64,000 bases of DNA from positions 64,820 to 128,819 of the forward strand of contig CAZPMU010000001.1 in NCBI GenBank assembly GCA_964587795.1, in the 5' to 3' direction. Position 1 is the stretch's first letter. Each line of letters opens with the position of its first letter. Below, one piece after another: positions 47,374 to 56,346 of the stretch. Source of the DNA: an uncultured Dehalococcoidia bacterium. GTDB lineage: Bacteria > Chloroflexota > Dehalococcoidia > Lucifugimonadales > UBA3495. The notes beneath the pieces are model-generated. The model ran no database searches. It was not told the DNA's origin and saw only the letters and a program-made list of their open reading frames with translations. A program made the position numbers and the translations under genes.

Positions 47374-48787
47374 TGAGATACCCTTCCTGTCTGCCACGGA
47401 ACTCGGTACACGGATCGCTGCCAGGGAGATAAGTCCACTGGAAGCAGTTGAAGCTTACCTGGCCCGCATTGACCAAGTGGACTCGAAGCTGAACGCCTAC
47501 ATTACCGTCTGTGGAGACCAGGCCAGGCAAGAGGCGCAGCAGGCCGGCGAGGAGATTGCCCGCGGCGAATACCGTGGCCCTCTGCACGGGGTGCCGGTGG
47601 GAGTTAAGGACCAGATTTACGTCAAGGGAGTCCGCAACTCCGACGGTTCCAGGATACGGGATGACTTTGTGCCCGAATTCGACGCCACAGTGGTAACTAA
47701 CCTGCGGCGGGCGGGGGCGATCATTTTGGGCAAGCTGAACATGAGCGAATTTGCCATGGGCGACCCCATCAGTTCCTACTATGGCGCGGCGCACAATCCG
47801 TGGGACCTGGAGCGGAACCCGGGCACGTCCAGCACGGGTTCTGGCGCGGCTACTGCCGGCTTCCTGTGCTCCACATCCCTGGGCGAAGATACCGGGGGGT
47901 CCATCCGCGGGCCGGCGGCCAACTGCGGCCTGGTGGGAATTCGGCCGACCTGGGGCAGGGTAAGCCGGTTCGGCGTGGACGGAGCGTGCTGGTCCATAGA
48001 TACCATTGGCCCTATTTCCCGCACGGTAACCGACTGCGCCGCCACCATCGGCGCCATTGCCGGATATGACCCCAATGACCCCTACACCGGAAGGGTTCCG
48101 GTACCCGACTACCAGGCGTCACTGACGGGAAATGTCCGGGGACTCAGGGTGGGCGTGATCAAAGAGTTGATGGACCCGGGCCTGGGCCTGGACGGCCAGA
48201 CCCGGGAGGCGGTGGAGGCTGCGATACAGGTGCTGGCGGAACTGGGCGCGGAGGTAAGCGAAGTTTCCCTGCCCCTGGCGCAGCACACGGGCGCCATTGT
48301 GCGCACTATCACCCATACCGAGCGAGTGAGCCTGCGCCCCGAATGGCTGCGGGAGCGGCCGGAGGACTACCACGTCAACACCCGCATTGCGTTCATGACG
48401 GGCAACTTGATACCGGGCCAGGTTTACTACAAGGCCCAGAAGCTGCGGGCGGTAGTAAGGCGGCAAGTGCTGGACCTGCTGGAAGATGTGGATGTGCTGG
48501 TGCAGCCCACCTCATCTGGGCCGGCGGGGAAGCTGGACTTTACCACGGGTGTGGCCAGCAAGGAGTCGGCGGCCCAGGCGCTGGTGGAGGGAAGCTATCG
48601 CGGCCCCTACAGCCTTAGCGGCGCGCCGGCCCTTTCCATACCATGCGGTTACACCACGGAAGGTGACGGCGCCCTGCCGCTGGCTTTGCAGATTGCCGGT
48701 CGGCCCTATGCCGAAGCAACGGTGCTTAACGTGGCCTACGCTTACGAGCAGGCGACGCCCTGGCGCCACCGCAAGCCGCCCATCTAG
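47363..48787 (+). CDS. Amidase-signature enzyme (GatA/AtzE-like)
   Basis: GPLHGVPVGVKD (catalytic Lys), GTSSTGSGAA, and GEDTGGSIRGPAA (nucleophile Ser). Confidence 0.85.
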   Translation: MNPNEIPFLSATELGTRIAAREISPLEAVEAYLARIDQVDSKLNAYITVCGDQARQEAQQAGEEIARGEYRGPLHGVPVGVKDQIYVKGVRNSDGSRIRDDFVPEFDATVVTNLRRAGAIILGKLNMSEFAMGDPISSYYGAAHNPWDLERNPGTSSTGSGAATAGFLCSTSLGEDTGGSIRGPAANCGLVGIRPTWGRVSRFGVDGACWSIDTIGPISRTVTDCAATIGAIAGYDPNDPYTGRVPVPDYQASLTGNVRGLRVGVIKELMDPGLGLDGQTREAVEAAIQVLAELGAEVSEVSLPLAQHTGAIVRTITHTERVSLRPEWLRERPEDYHVNTRIAFMTGNLIPGQVYYKAQKLRAVVRRQVLDLLEDVDVLVQPTSSGPAGKLDFTTGVASKESAAQALVEGSYRGPYSLSGAPALSIPCGYTTEGDGALPLALQIAGRPYAEATVLNVAYAYEQATPWRHRKPPI

Positions 48788-48832
48788 CCTCGAGATAATC
48801 GTTCTGTTCAATCCCGAGACGGAGAGTGAAAC

Positions 48833-49141
48833 ATGACGCTACCCAACCCTGGTGCGTGGCAGGCCAAGCTGGAAAGCAACTCACCGGAGCTTTACAAGGA
48901 AATTATGGACGTCCGGAACCACGTGTTGACGGATGGCGCGCTTCCCTTGAAGGTGAAGGTTCTGATGACCATGCTCTGCGACGCCATAATGGCCCACCCG
49001 GACGGGGTCCGGAACATCGCCAACCGAGCCCGGGCCGTGGGCGCTACGGAGGAGGAGATTGCCGAGACGGTTGGCGTGGCCTTCGTTATGGGTGGCACGG
49101 CGGCACTGACCACGGCCTGCAACGCCTTCAAGGAAGAGTAA
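48833..49141 (+). CDS. Carboxymuconolactone decarboxylase (AhpD-like) family protein
   Basis: 102 aa. LPLKVKVLMTMLCDAIMAHPDG and EEEIAETVGVAFVMGG are typical of the CMD fold. Confidence 0.65.
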   Translation: MTLPNPGAWQAKLESNSPELYKEIMDVRNHVLTDGALPLKVKVLMTMLCDAIMAHPDGVRNIANRARAVGATEEEIAETVGVAFVMGGTAALTTACNAFKEE

Positions 49142-49223
49142 GGAGGGGCGCCCTGCGCGGAACCCCGATGTACGGGAAATTCGGATGAAAGCGCCCGGTT
49201 GAGGAGGGCGCCAGGGAGGCAAT

Positions 49224-50849
49224 ATGGTCAACGGAAACCTTTCCAGGAGCCTGGTGTACGGCAACCGGGGAATTGTCTGTTCCAACTCTCCCTTGGCCGC
49301 ATCCGCAGGCGTCCGGGTAATGCAGGAGGGCGGGAACGCCTTCGATGCCGCGCTGGCGGTTGCCGCCACGGAGGCGGTAACCCTGGTACCCCTGTGTGGC
49401 ATGGGCGGCGATTCTTTCATCCTGGCCTACGAGGCGGCCACCGGGCAGTTGACCGGCATCAACAGCAGCGGTACGGCCCCCACCGGGGCGACGGCAGACT
49501 ATTACCGTTCGCGGGGCTACGATGAGATGCCGCTGGAGGGTCCTCACGCCATTTCCGTACCGGGCGAGGTGGCGGCGTGGGAGGAGATGCACCGCCGGTT
49601 TTGCACCATGCCCTTCTCGACGCTGCTGGATACAGGCATTGGGTACGCCGAGGAGGGCTTCCCGGTGTCGCCCCGCATTGGTCGCAGCTTTGCCGGCGCC
49701 GTGGCGAAATTGGGACAATTTCCCGCCAGCGCCGCCATCTATTCATCCAACGGCGGAATGAAGAAGGAAGGCGAAATCCTGGCCAATCCGGACCTGGCAA
49801 GAAGCCTGCAGCAAGTGGCCCAGGGAGGGGCCGATGAGTTTTACCGGGGCGACCTGGCCCGCCGGATGGTGAAGGAACTGCGAGATGCCGGCGGCCTTTT
49901 CACCGAGTCGGACTTCGCGGACCACCGGCCGGACGTGTACGACCCCATTTCCACGAGCTACCACGGCTACACGGTGTACCAGACTCAGCCACCCACCCAG
50001 GGCTTTCTGCTGCTGGAAATGTTGAACCTGGTGGAGGATTTTGACCTGGGCGACATGGGCCACAATTCGGCCCAGGCTATCCACCTGATGACGGAGGCCA
50101 AGAAGATTGCTTATGGCGACCGCAACCGCCTGGCCGGCGACCCCAGGTTCGTGGAGTGGCCTTTGCAAGAACTGATTTCCAAGCAGTATGCGGCGCGACG
50201 GCGGCCGGAGATTGACGCAGCCCGGGCCAACAATGGCGCGGTGGCTTTTGCTGAAGATGGCGATGGCAACACTACCTACTTCTGCGTAGCGGATGGCGCC
50301 GGGAATTGCGTTTCGTGGATTCACAGCTTGTCCAACGGGTTCGGCTCCGGGTTCGTGGCCGCCGGCACCGGGGTGCTGTTCAACAACCGGGGCGGGCGGG
50401 GGTTCAGCCTGAGAGACGGGCACCCCAACGTCATTGAGCCGGGCAAACGCACCATGCACACGCTGAACTGCTACATGGCTTTCAAGGATGGGGAACCTGT
50501 CATTGTTGGGGGCACGCCGGGCGGCGATTACCAGCCCCAATGCGGCCTGCAAGTGCTGGCCAACCTGATTAACTACGAAATGGACCCCCAGGCGGCGGTG
50601 GAAGCGCCCCGCTGGTGGAGTTTCCCTGGCACTGATCCGGCCAGCATAAAGACGCCATTTGAACTCAGGCTGGAGGCGGGGATGCCCGAGTCGGTGGGCC
50701 AGGAACTGGAAGGCCTGGGGCACAAGGTAGTGCGGCGGCAGGAGGGAGTAACCGACGGCATTGTGCAGTTGATCATCCGGGACCCGCAGACGGGCGTGCT
50801 GAAAGGGGCTTCAGACCCGAGGGGGGACGGCCACGCCGCAGCGTGGTAG
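49224..50849 (+). CDS. Gamma-glutamyltransferase family Ntn-hydrolase, no signal peptide
   Basis: NAFDAALAVAATEAV at the N-terminus. Autoprocessing/nucleophile site GNTTYFCVAD. GGTPGGDYQPQ is also present. Confidence 0.8.
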   Translation: MVNGNLSRSLVYGNRGIVCSNSPLAASAGVRVMQEGGNAFDAALAVAATEAVTLVPLCGMGGDSFILAYEAATGQLTGINSSGTAPTGATADYYRSRGYDEMPLEGPHAISVPGEVAAWEEMHRRFCTMPFSTLLDTGIGYAEEGFPVSPRIGRSFAGAVAKLGQFPASAAIYSSNGGMKKEGEILANPDLARSLQQVAQGGADEFYRGDLARRMVKELRDAGGLFTESDFADHRPDVYDPISTSYHGYTVYQTQPPTQGFLLLEMLNLVEDFDLGDMGHNSAQAIHLMTEAKKIAYGDRNRLAGDPRFVEWPLQELISKQYAARRRPEIDAARANNGAVAFAEDGDGNTTYFCVADGAGNCVSWIHSLSNGFGSGFVAAGTGVLFNNRGGRGFSLRDGHPNVIEPGKRTMHTLNCYMAFKDGEPVIVGGTPGGDYQPQCGLQVLANLINYEMDPQAAVEAPRWWSFPGTDPASIKTPFELRLEAGMPESVGQELEGLGHKVVRRQEGVTDGIVQLIIRDPQTGVLKGASDPRGDGHAAAW

Positions 50850-50868
50850 TTAACTGCAATACCTCAGG

Positions 50869-51753
50869 ATGGGATCAGTGACGAGAGCAATCAGGATCTT
50901 TGGCCTGCTTGCGTTGGTGGCGTTGTTGTCTGCGTTGCCGTTTGCTGTGATGGCGCAGCAAAGCCCGCCTCACGTACTGATTGGGACGGCTACGTTGAAC
51001 GGGGCGATACCGCCTCCGGGCACGGAGATAGTGGCCATAGCGGGTGATACCAAGTTGGGTTCGGCCATGACCACGACCGCCGGCCGATTTGTCCTTGGAG
51101 TGATGCAACCCAGCGGTGCCGGGGCCATAAGGTTCAAGGTGGACGGCGTCGACGCCAATGAGACCCTTGCCGACTGGGAGCTAGGAAAAGTATCAAGTGG
51201 CTTCAAATTGACTGCCACCGACTCGGCTTCGGCTCATCGGGAACCACCGCACGTACTGTTGGGCACGGCGATGCTAGAAGGTGAGATACCGCCAGTGGGC
51301 ACCGAAATCGTGGCCTTGGCGGGCGGCACCATACTGGGGTCTACCCTGACCAGGGCCGGCGGAAAATTCACCTTACTGGTAAGTCGCCCCCCCGGTGGCG
51401 GGGTAGTGACATTTACGGTAGACGGCGTCAGCGCCTCCGAAAGTCTTGGCAACTGGGAGTTTGGCAAGATTCAGCCCGGCTTCAACATATCCGCCCGAAA
51501 TATGCCTGTGGCCGATGCCTTGGAACCTCTGATCAATGCCAACAACTTGGTCAGCGTTTGGCACTTCGACAACAGGATGAAGGCATGGTACTTCTATGCC
51601 CCTGGGCTGGAAGACGAAAGCACTCTGGCCACAATTAGGGCGAATGAGGTCTACCTTATCCAGGTGTTAGTCGGCGCAGAGGTGGTCTTGAACGGAACAA
51701 CAAGGCGACTAACCTGTGTGGGTGGGAACTGCTGGACCTACATCCCCTGGTAA
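50869..51753 (+). CDS. Secreted protein with two tandem 84-aa repeats (hypothetical)
   Basis: Signal peptide ending AVMA-QQ. The repeats PPHVLIGTATLNG...FKLTA and PPHVLLGTAMLEG...FNISA are present. Confidence 0.6.
   Translation: MGSVTRAIRIFGLLALVALLSALPFAVMAQQSPPHVLIGTATLNGAIPPPGTEIVAIAGDTKLGSAMTTTAGRFVLGVMQPSGAGAIRFKVDGVDANETLADWELGKVSSGFKLTATDSASAHREPPHVLLGTAMLEGEIPPVGTEIVALAGGTILGSTLTRAGGKFTLLVSRPPGGGVVTFTVDGVSASESLGNWEFGKIQPGFNISARNMPVADALEPLINANNLVSVWHFDNRMKAWYFYAPGLEDESTLATIRANEVYLIQVLVGAEVVLNGTTRRLTCVGGNCWTYIPW
50965..51495 (+). repeat. Intragenic tandem duplication (2 x 252 nt, 27-nt spacer)
   Basis: Repeat 1 is 50965-51216 and repeat 2 is 51244-51495. By eye they are roughly 45% identical at protein level and colinear throughout. 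Confidence 0.7.
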
Positions 51754-51869
51754 GCAGCGGCGCATAGACTTTACGCGGTTATCGCTCGTATTGGAGGGGT
51801 GGCTTGCGGTTCCTGCCGGGTCCATCCTGACATCCCTCGTCAAGAGGGAAGGTCCTCTTTACGGCGGTC

Positions 51870-52664
51870 CTAAAGCAAGGGCGGCATGAAGAACTCCCGC
51901 TCGCGGTCGTCGAAGCCCTGGAGTGTTTCGGTTTTGATGCCGGGGTGGTCCAGGGCCGCCTTGACGATGCGGCGGTTGAAGATGCTGGTGGCCTGGGAAT
52001 CCAGGTAGTCTTCCACCGGCATCCACAGGCACTCTTCAATTTCCTCTTCCTGCATGGTGATTTCGGCGCTCAACGGGCTTAAACGGGCGACGAAGTAGAT
52101 GTCAGACTTGCCGTAGCGGTAGCCGTGCCAGTGGCGGAAGCAGGCCAGGGCCTCGAACTGGGTATGTATGCCGGTTTCCTCCAGCACTTCGCGTATCGCC
52201 GCGTCCACCAGGTGTTCCCCGGGGTGGACGGCGCCGCCGGGCAGCTTGTAGAAGGGAGGCTGGCCGGGGTTGCGGTGCCGTTCGCACACTACCAGAAGCT
52301 CGCGTTCATCGTTCAGCACCACTCCGCCTATGCCGATGTAGTGGGTTGCGAAGGGCGGGATGAAGGCGCCTGCCTCCAGTTGCAGGGTCATCATCAGGTA
52401 CTGGTCGTCCTCCATGCCCGGCGAGTAGAGGCTGGGGCGTTCTCCGGAGTGGTGGAAAGCGAAACCGGCGGAGACCGCGACAGGCACCAGGGCGGAAAGA
52501 CCGATAGGTACCTCCAGCCACACAACCTTGTACCCTTCCTGTCGCCAGGAACCCAGGGAGTCGGCCAGCCTGGACCGGAATTCCTCTGGGTCCACGGGCA
52601 GGGAGGAAGGATTGGGCAGGATTCCGCCAAAGGGGTTGGTGGTGGCCTCAAGCAGAGTAGTCAT
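51870..52664 (-). CDS. Nudix hydrolase with N-terminal accessory domain (Nudt6 / plant NUDT2-like layout)
   Basis: Nudix box GGAVHPGEHLVDAAIREVLEETGI. The start is placed at ATG 52664 (MTTLLEATTNPFGG). The track's 102-codon upstream extension runs through a low-GC promoter region. Confidence 0.75.
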   Translation of the reverse strand: MTTLLEATTNPFGGILPNPSSLPVDPEEFRSRLADSLGSWRQEGYKVVWLEVPIGLSALVPVAVSAGFAFHHSGERPSLYSPGMEDDQYLMMTLQLEAGAFIPPFATHYIGIGGVVLNDERELLVVCERHRNPGQPPFYKLPGGAVHPGEHLVDAAIREVLEETGIHTQFEALACFRHWHGYRYGKSDIYFVARLSPLSAEITMQEEEIEECLWMPVEDYLDSQATSIFNRRIVKAALDHPGIKTETLQGFDDREREFFMPPLL

Positions 52665-52915
52665 CTTATGTTCACCAAGGGTCGAGGTGTGTTTGGCGAA
52701 GTATAGCACAGGGGTTTGACGGGCTTTTTGACCCCTCCGAGGACAGGGATTGTCGTCAACTGGGCTGTTCTTCCTGTACCGACAGGAACCTTGGACCAAG
52801 CCATGGAGGTCACCACATTCGGGGGGACGACGTAAAGTGGAGTTAGGAGTCTTGGACCTGAGATCATACTTGACCAATACCTCCGAAAGGCGTTTCCCTT
52901 GGTATTTGGAGAATA

Positions 52916-52946
52916 TTGCAATCCCTCTTATATTGCGTGTTATAAT
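52916..52946 (+). promoter_or_regulatory. Candidate extended -10 promoter for the 53124 gene
   Basis: TTGCAA (52916-52921) and TGTTATAAT (52938-52946), where a perfect TATAAT follows a TGn extension. The spacer is 19 nt. Confidence 0.5.
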
Positions 52947-53123
52947 CTGGCGCAATGGGAACAGGTGCAACGACAGGTAGAGGCTTCACTGGCCATAAAA
53001 CGCTGCGGATTACTGGAATCCGGCCATTTAGGGGCTGACTTGCCGGAAATTGCGGTGGTGTTGTATTCTGTTGGCGCATCCTTGGACCCTGAGGAAGAAT
53101 ATAATAAGGAGGTACTCCCCGTT

Positions 53124-53987
53124 ATGCAGCAGGCTGCAAGGACCAAGATCGACGCCGGCGCTGTTAGCTTTGTCATACAGCACGAGCTTTGGGACGGCAA
53201 CCTTCAGGACCACTCCGACCAGGGCGTGGTAATCCTGGTGGAAGCCAATGACACCACTTTGCTTCGGTTCAACTGCTTCGACATCGAGAAGAGCTACGTA
53301 TATGGACCGGAAGGCAAGAACCGTCTTTGCCGGATGGACCCCACCGTGGATGGCAACCCCATCATGTGGTCGGTCAAGCAGATCCGCAACAACCTCACCA
53401 CCATGTTGAAGGAGGCAGGCTATGAAGACGTAGCCAGCAAGGTCAACATGGGCGAGGTCGAGGCCGTTCTGGGCGAGGTCGAGGGATGCGCTCGCGAGAC
53501 CTACGCCACCGGTCGCAACACTGTTAAGCACAACCGCGGCCACGACATCTTCGAGGCTGGTAACATCCGCTTCGGGCTGGAACTGCGCAAGCAGGCCGGC
53601 GGCGACGGCGGCCTGGCCATTCACGTTCTGGCAGACCTGGCCGGAACTCCTGGCCGCACCTACACCGAAGAGACCGAGCTTCTGGCCTTTGACTGCTTCC
53701 GGGACGCTCCCCACTACCACTATGGCCCCCGGAACAAGAACCACCGGATCTTCTGGGACAGGACTCTCGTTCCTGACACCCTGGAATGGACGCTGGACCG
53801 GTTCAAGAACAAGGACCTGCGCGACATGATCGCCCGTGCCGGATATCCCGGCGTGGCCGCCGACCTGGACCAGGACCTGATCGACTCGATCCTGCCCTCC
53901 CTGGAAGCCAAGGCTCGCGAACTGCAGCCCGGCGCCGAAGTGGAAGTCATGGACGGTCCCGCCACCCCCAATCTGGTACCCAGATAA
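53124..53987 (+). CDS. Uncharacterised protein made of two homologous ~130-aa domains
   Basis: ATG 53124 after AAGGAGG. The two halves align: LLRFNCFDIEKSYVYGPEGKN...MLKEAGYEDVA versus LLAFDCFRDAPHYHYGPRNKN...MIARAGYPGVA. I recognise no family. Confidence 0.6.
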   Translation: MQQAARTKIDAGAVSFVIQHELWDGNLQDHSDQGVVILVEANDTTLLRFNCFDIEKSYVYGPEGKNRLCRMDPTVDGNPIMWSVKQIRNNLTTMLKEAGYEDVASKVNMGEVEAVLGEVEGCARETYATGRNTVKHNRGHDIFEAGNIRFGLELRKQAGGDGGLAIHVLADLAGTPGRTYTEETELLAFDCFRDAPHYHYGPRNKNHRIFWDRTLVPDTLEWTLDRFKNKDLRDMIARAGYPGVAADLDQDLIDSILPSLEAKARELQPGAEVEVMDGPATPNLVPR

Positions 53988-54053
53988 GCGCCGCACCAGA
54001 CTCCGATCGAATTCCGGGTTGGCCTTCCGTGGGCCAGCCCGGTTTCTGTATTT

Positions 54054-55274
54054 ATGGCTTCGATTCATCCTTCCAATCAACCGGAATCGGCCGTCCACCG
54101 AGGCAGGGCCGAAACACCTGCGGCTGCCTTCCTGTGCGGCCTGGTGTTGCTATTCGTCGTGGGGATTATCCTGGCGTTGGCGAGTCGCCTGGGCGCCGAA
54201 GCGCCAACGCTGGCTGAATTGCGAACGGGCAACCAGTTTGAGGCGGCGCCTGAGCTTGAAGGCATCTCCCACTGGGTGAACAGCGAGCCCACTGCCATCT
54301 CCGACCTGAAGGGCAGCGTCGTGCTGGTGGACTTCTGGACTTACACCTGCGTCAACTGCCTCAGGACTATTCCCCAGCTGCGGGCCTGGCACGAACTCTA
54401 CGCCGACGACGGGTTGAATATCATCGGTGTGCATACGCCCGAGTTTGAGTTTGAGAAGGACCCGGCTAACGTCACTGACGCTGTGGCGGCTCAGGGCGTA
54501 ACCTGGCCGGTAGCCATGGATAACGACTTTGTTACGTGGGATAACTTCGAGAACTTGTTCTGGCCCACCAAGTACCTGATTGATCACCGGGGCAGGCTGC
54601 GGTATTACCGGGTCGGCGAGGGGAACTACCAGACCTTTGAAGAAGAGATGCGGGAGTTGCTGGTGGAAGCTGGAAGTGACTTGTCCGACGACCCGCCTAC
54701 CCGGGCCAGGGATCACGTGCCGGACGCCAGGTTCGAGGAGGCTCCCGACAAGCACGTCACCCGCGAGTTGTACTTGGGATACGCGCGAGGGGACTTCGAG
54801 CGGGAATATTACGGCCAGGGGTTCGTCAATCATCACGAATACTACGCCGCTCCGAACAGGACGCTGGAACTGGAGGTTCCGGAATACCTGGAACCGGACC
54901 AGTTGTACTTGGAGGGTACGTGGCGAAACGAGGAGCAGCGCGCCCTGCATGCCTCCGACGCAACGGACTTCCATGATTACGTGGCCACGGTGTACTCGGC
55001 CAGAACCGTCAACGTGGTGATGTCCAGGGAGGGGGACAGACCGGTAAAGGTCAGGGTAAGGCTGGATGGTCAGTACCTGACCGAAGAGAACCGGGGAGCC
55101 GACGTAGTCATAGCGCCCGACGGAGAGAGTTACCTGCTGGTGGAAGATTCATGGATGTACCAGGTGGTGGAAAGCCCGGAGTATGGCCAGCGGAGAAAGC
55201 TGGAACTGAGCGTCAACTCCAGTGGGCTTGGCGTATATGCCTTTACCTTCGGGATATACGCCGAAGGCCCTTAG
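54054..55274 (+). CDS. Membrane-anchored thioredoxin-like protein (DipZ C-terminal / TlpA-like redoxin plus beta-sandwich domain)
   Basis: N-terminal transmembrane helix. Redoxin motif FWTYTCVNCLRT (CxxC), then GVHTPEFEFEK and a C-terminal extra domain. Confidence 0.75.
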   Translation: MASIHPSNQPESAVHRGRAETPAAAFLCGLVLLFVVGIILALASRLGAEAPTLAELRTGNQFEAAPELEGISHWVNSEPTAISDLKGSVVLVDFWTYTCVNCLRTIPQLRAWHELYADDGLNIIGVHTPEFEFEKDPANVTDAVAAQGVTWPVAMDNDFVTWDNFENLFWPTKYLIDHRGRLRYYRVGEGNYQTFEEEMRELLVEAGSDLSDDPPTRARDHVPDARFEEAPDKHVTRELYLGYARGDFEREYYGQGFVNHHEYYAAPNRTLELEVPEYLEPDQLYLEGTWRNEEQRALHASDATDFHDYVATVYSARTVNVVMSREGDRPVKVRVRLDGQYLTEENRGADVVIAPDGESYLLVEDSWMYQVVESPEYGQRRKLELSVNSSGLGVYAFTFGIYAEGP

Positions 55275-55289
55275 GTGGAAACCAGGCTG

Positions 55290-55326
55290 CCCGTCGGCCG
55301 TAGAGCAGGCCACTGAAGCCGACGGG
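55290..55326. terminator. Hairpin between convergent redoxin and dppF-like genes
   Basis: CCCGTCGGC (55290-55298) pairs with GCCGACGGG (55318-55326) over a 19-nt loop. Confidence 0.4.
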
Positions 55327-55341
55327 ACCAACGAAAGAGGT

Positions 55342-56346
55342 TTAGTACAGGTGGCAGGAGGTCGTGTGGCCTGGCGCTATTTCCCTGGTTTCGGGCACCT
55401 CCACGGCGCACCGGTCCATGGCGAAGGGGCAGCGGGTATGGAACCGGCAGCCCTCGGGCGGGTTGAGGGGTGAAGGCACTTCCCCGGTGAGAATAATCTC
55501 ATCCTGTTCAATGTCCGGGTGGGAGGGAAGGGCAGCCGACATCAGGGCCTTGGTGTAAGGGTGCAGGGGGTTGTTGAACAACTCCTTAACTTCCGCATAT
55601 TCCACTATTTGGCCGAGGTACATCACGGCAACCCAATCGCACATGTATCGCACCGTGGCCAAATGGTGTGCAATCAGCATGTAGCTGACTTCGTACTCGT
55701 TCTGCAAGTCTTTCAGCAGGTTCATGATCTGGGCGCGGATGGAAACGTCCAGGGCGGACACGGGTTCATCCAGCACGATCATCTTGGGGTTCAGGGACAT
55801 GCCCCGGGCGATGGCCAGACGCTGCCGCTGGCCGCCGCTGAACTCGTGGGGATACAGATTGGCGTGGTAGGAGCTGAGGCCCACGTCGCTGAGAAGCTTC
55901 TGCACCCTCTCTTCGATTTCCCGTTTGGGCACATCCCAGTTGATCACCATGGGTTCGCCGATCAGGTCCCTCACGCGCATACGGGGATTCAGGGAACTCC
56001 AGGGGTCCTGGAATACCGCCTGGACGTTGCTGCGATAGGCCCGGCGATGGCTGGCGTCGGTGTGGTGAATGTCTTCACCCTCAAAGAGGATCCGGCCCTC
56101 GGTGGGTTCCTCCAGCATCAGCATCAGCTTGGCGGTGGTGCTTTTGCCACAGCCCGACTCGCCCACAATGCCCAGGGTCTTGCCTCGTTCAATCTGGAAG
56201 GAAATTCCGTCCACCGCCTTAAGGAAGCCGGTGGTTTTGGAGAAAAGCAGCCCCTTGGTTACGGGGAAATGCTTCTTTAGGTCGACGACTTCCAGCAGGG
56301 TCGTATCCTGTCCGGTAGATGCGGCGGGTTGCGGCGTGGTGGTCAT
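55342..56346 (-). CDS. Oligopeptide/dipeptide ABC transporter ATP-binding protein (DppF/OppF type)
   Basis: Walker [10 protein letters not shown], signature SGGQRQR, Walker B MIVLDEP, and a C-terminal oligopeptide-type extension (GCRFHTRCP). ATG 56346 overlaps the upstream stop (ATGA). Confidence 0.85.
   Translation of the reverse strand: MTTTPQPAASTGQDTTLLEVVDLKKHFPVTKGLLFSKTTGFLKAVDGISFQIERGKTLGIVGESGCGKSTTAKLMLMLEEPTEGRILFEGEDIHHTDASHRRAYRSNVQAVFQDPWSSLNPRMRVRDLIGEPMVINWDVPKREIEERVQKLLSDVGLSSYHANLYPHEFSGGQRQRLAIARGMSLNPKMIVLDEPVSALDVSIRAQIMNLLKDLQNEYEVSYMLIAHHLATVRYMCDWVAVMYLGQIVEYAEVKELFNNPLHPYTKALMSAALPSHPDIEQDEIILTGEVPSPLNPPEGCRFHTRCPFAMDRCAVEVPETREIAPGHTTSCHLY

Noticed and set aside
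48833-49141. The CMD/AhpD-like protein as a possible selenoprotein, or a CxxC redox protein linked to selA.
   Set aside because: The ORF is uninterrupted and has a good SD. It contains only a single Cys (LCDAIMAH) and has no in-frame TGA upstream or inside.
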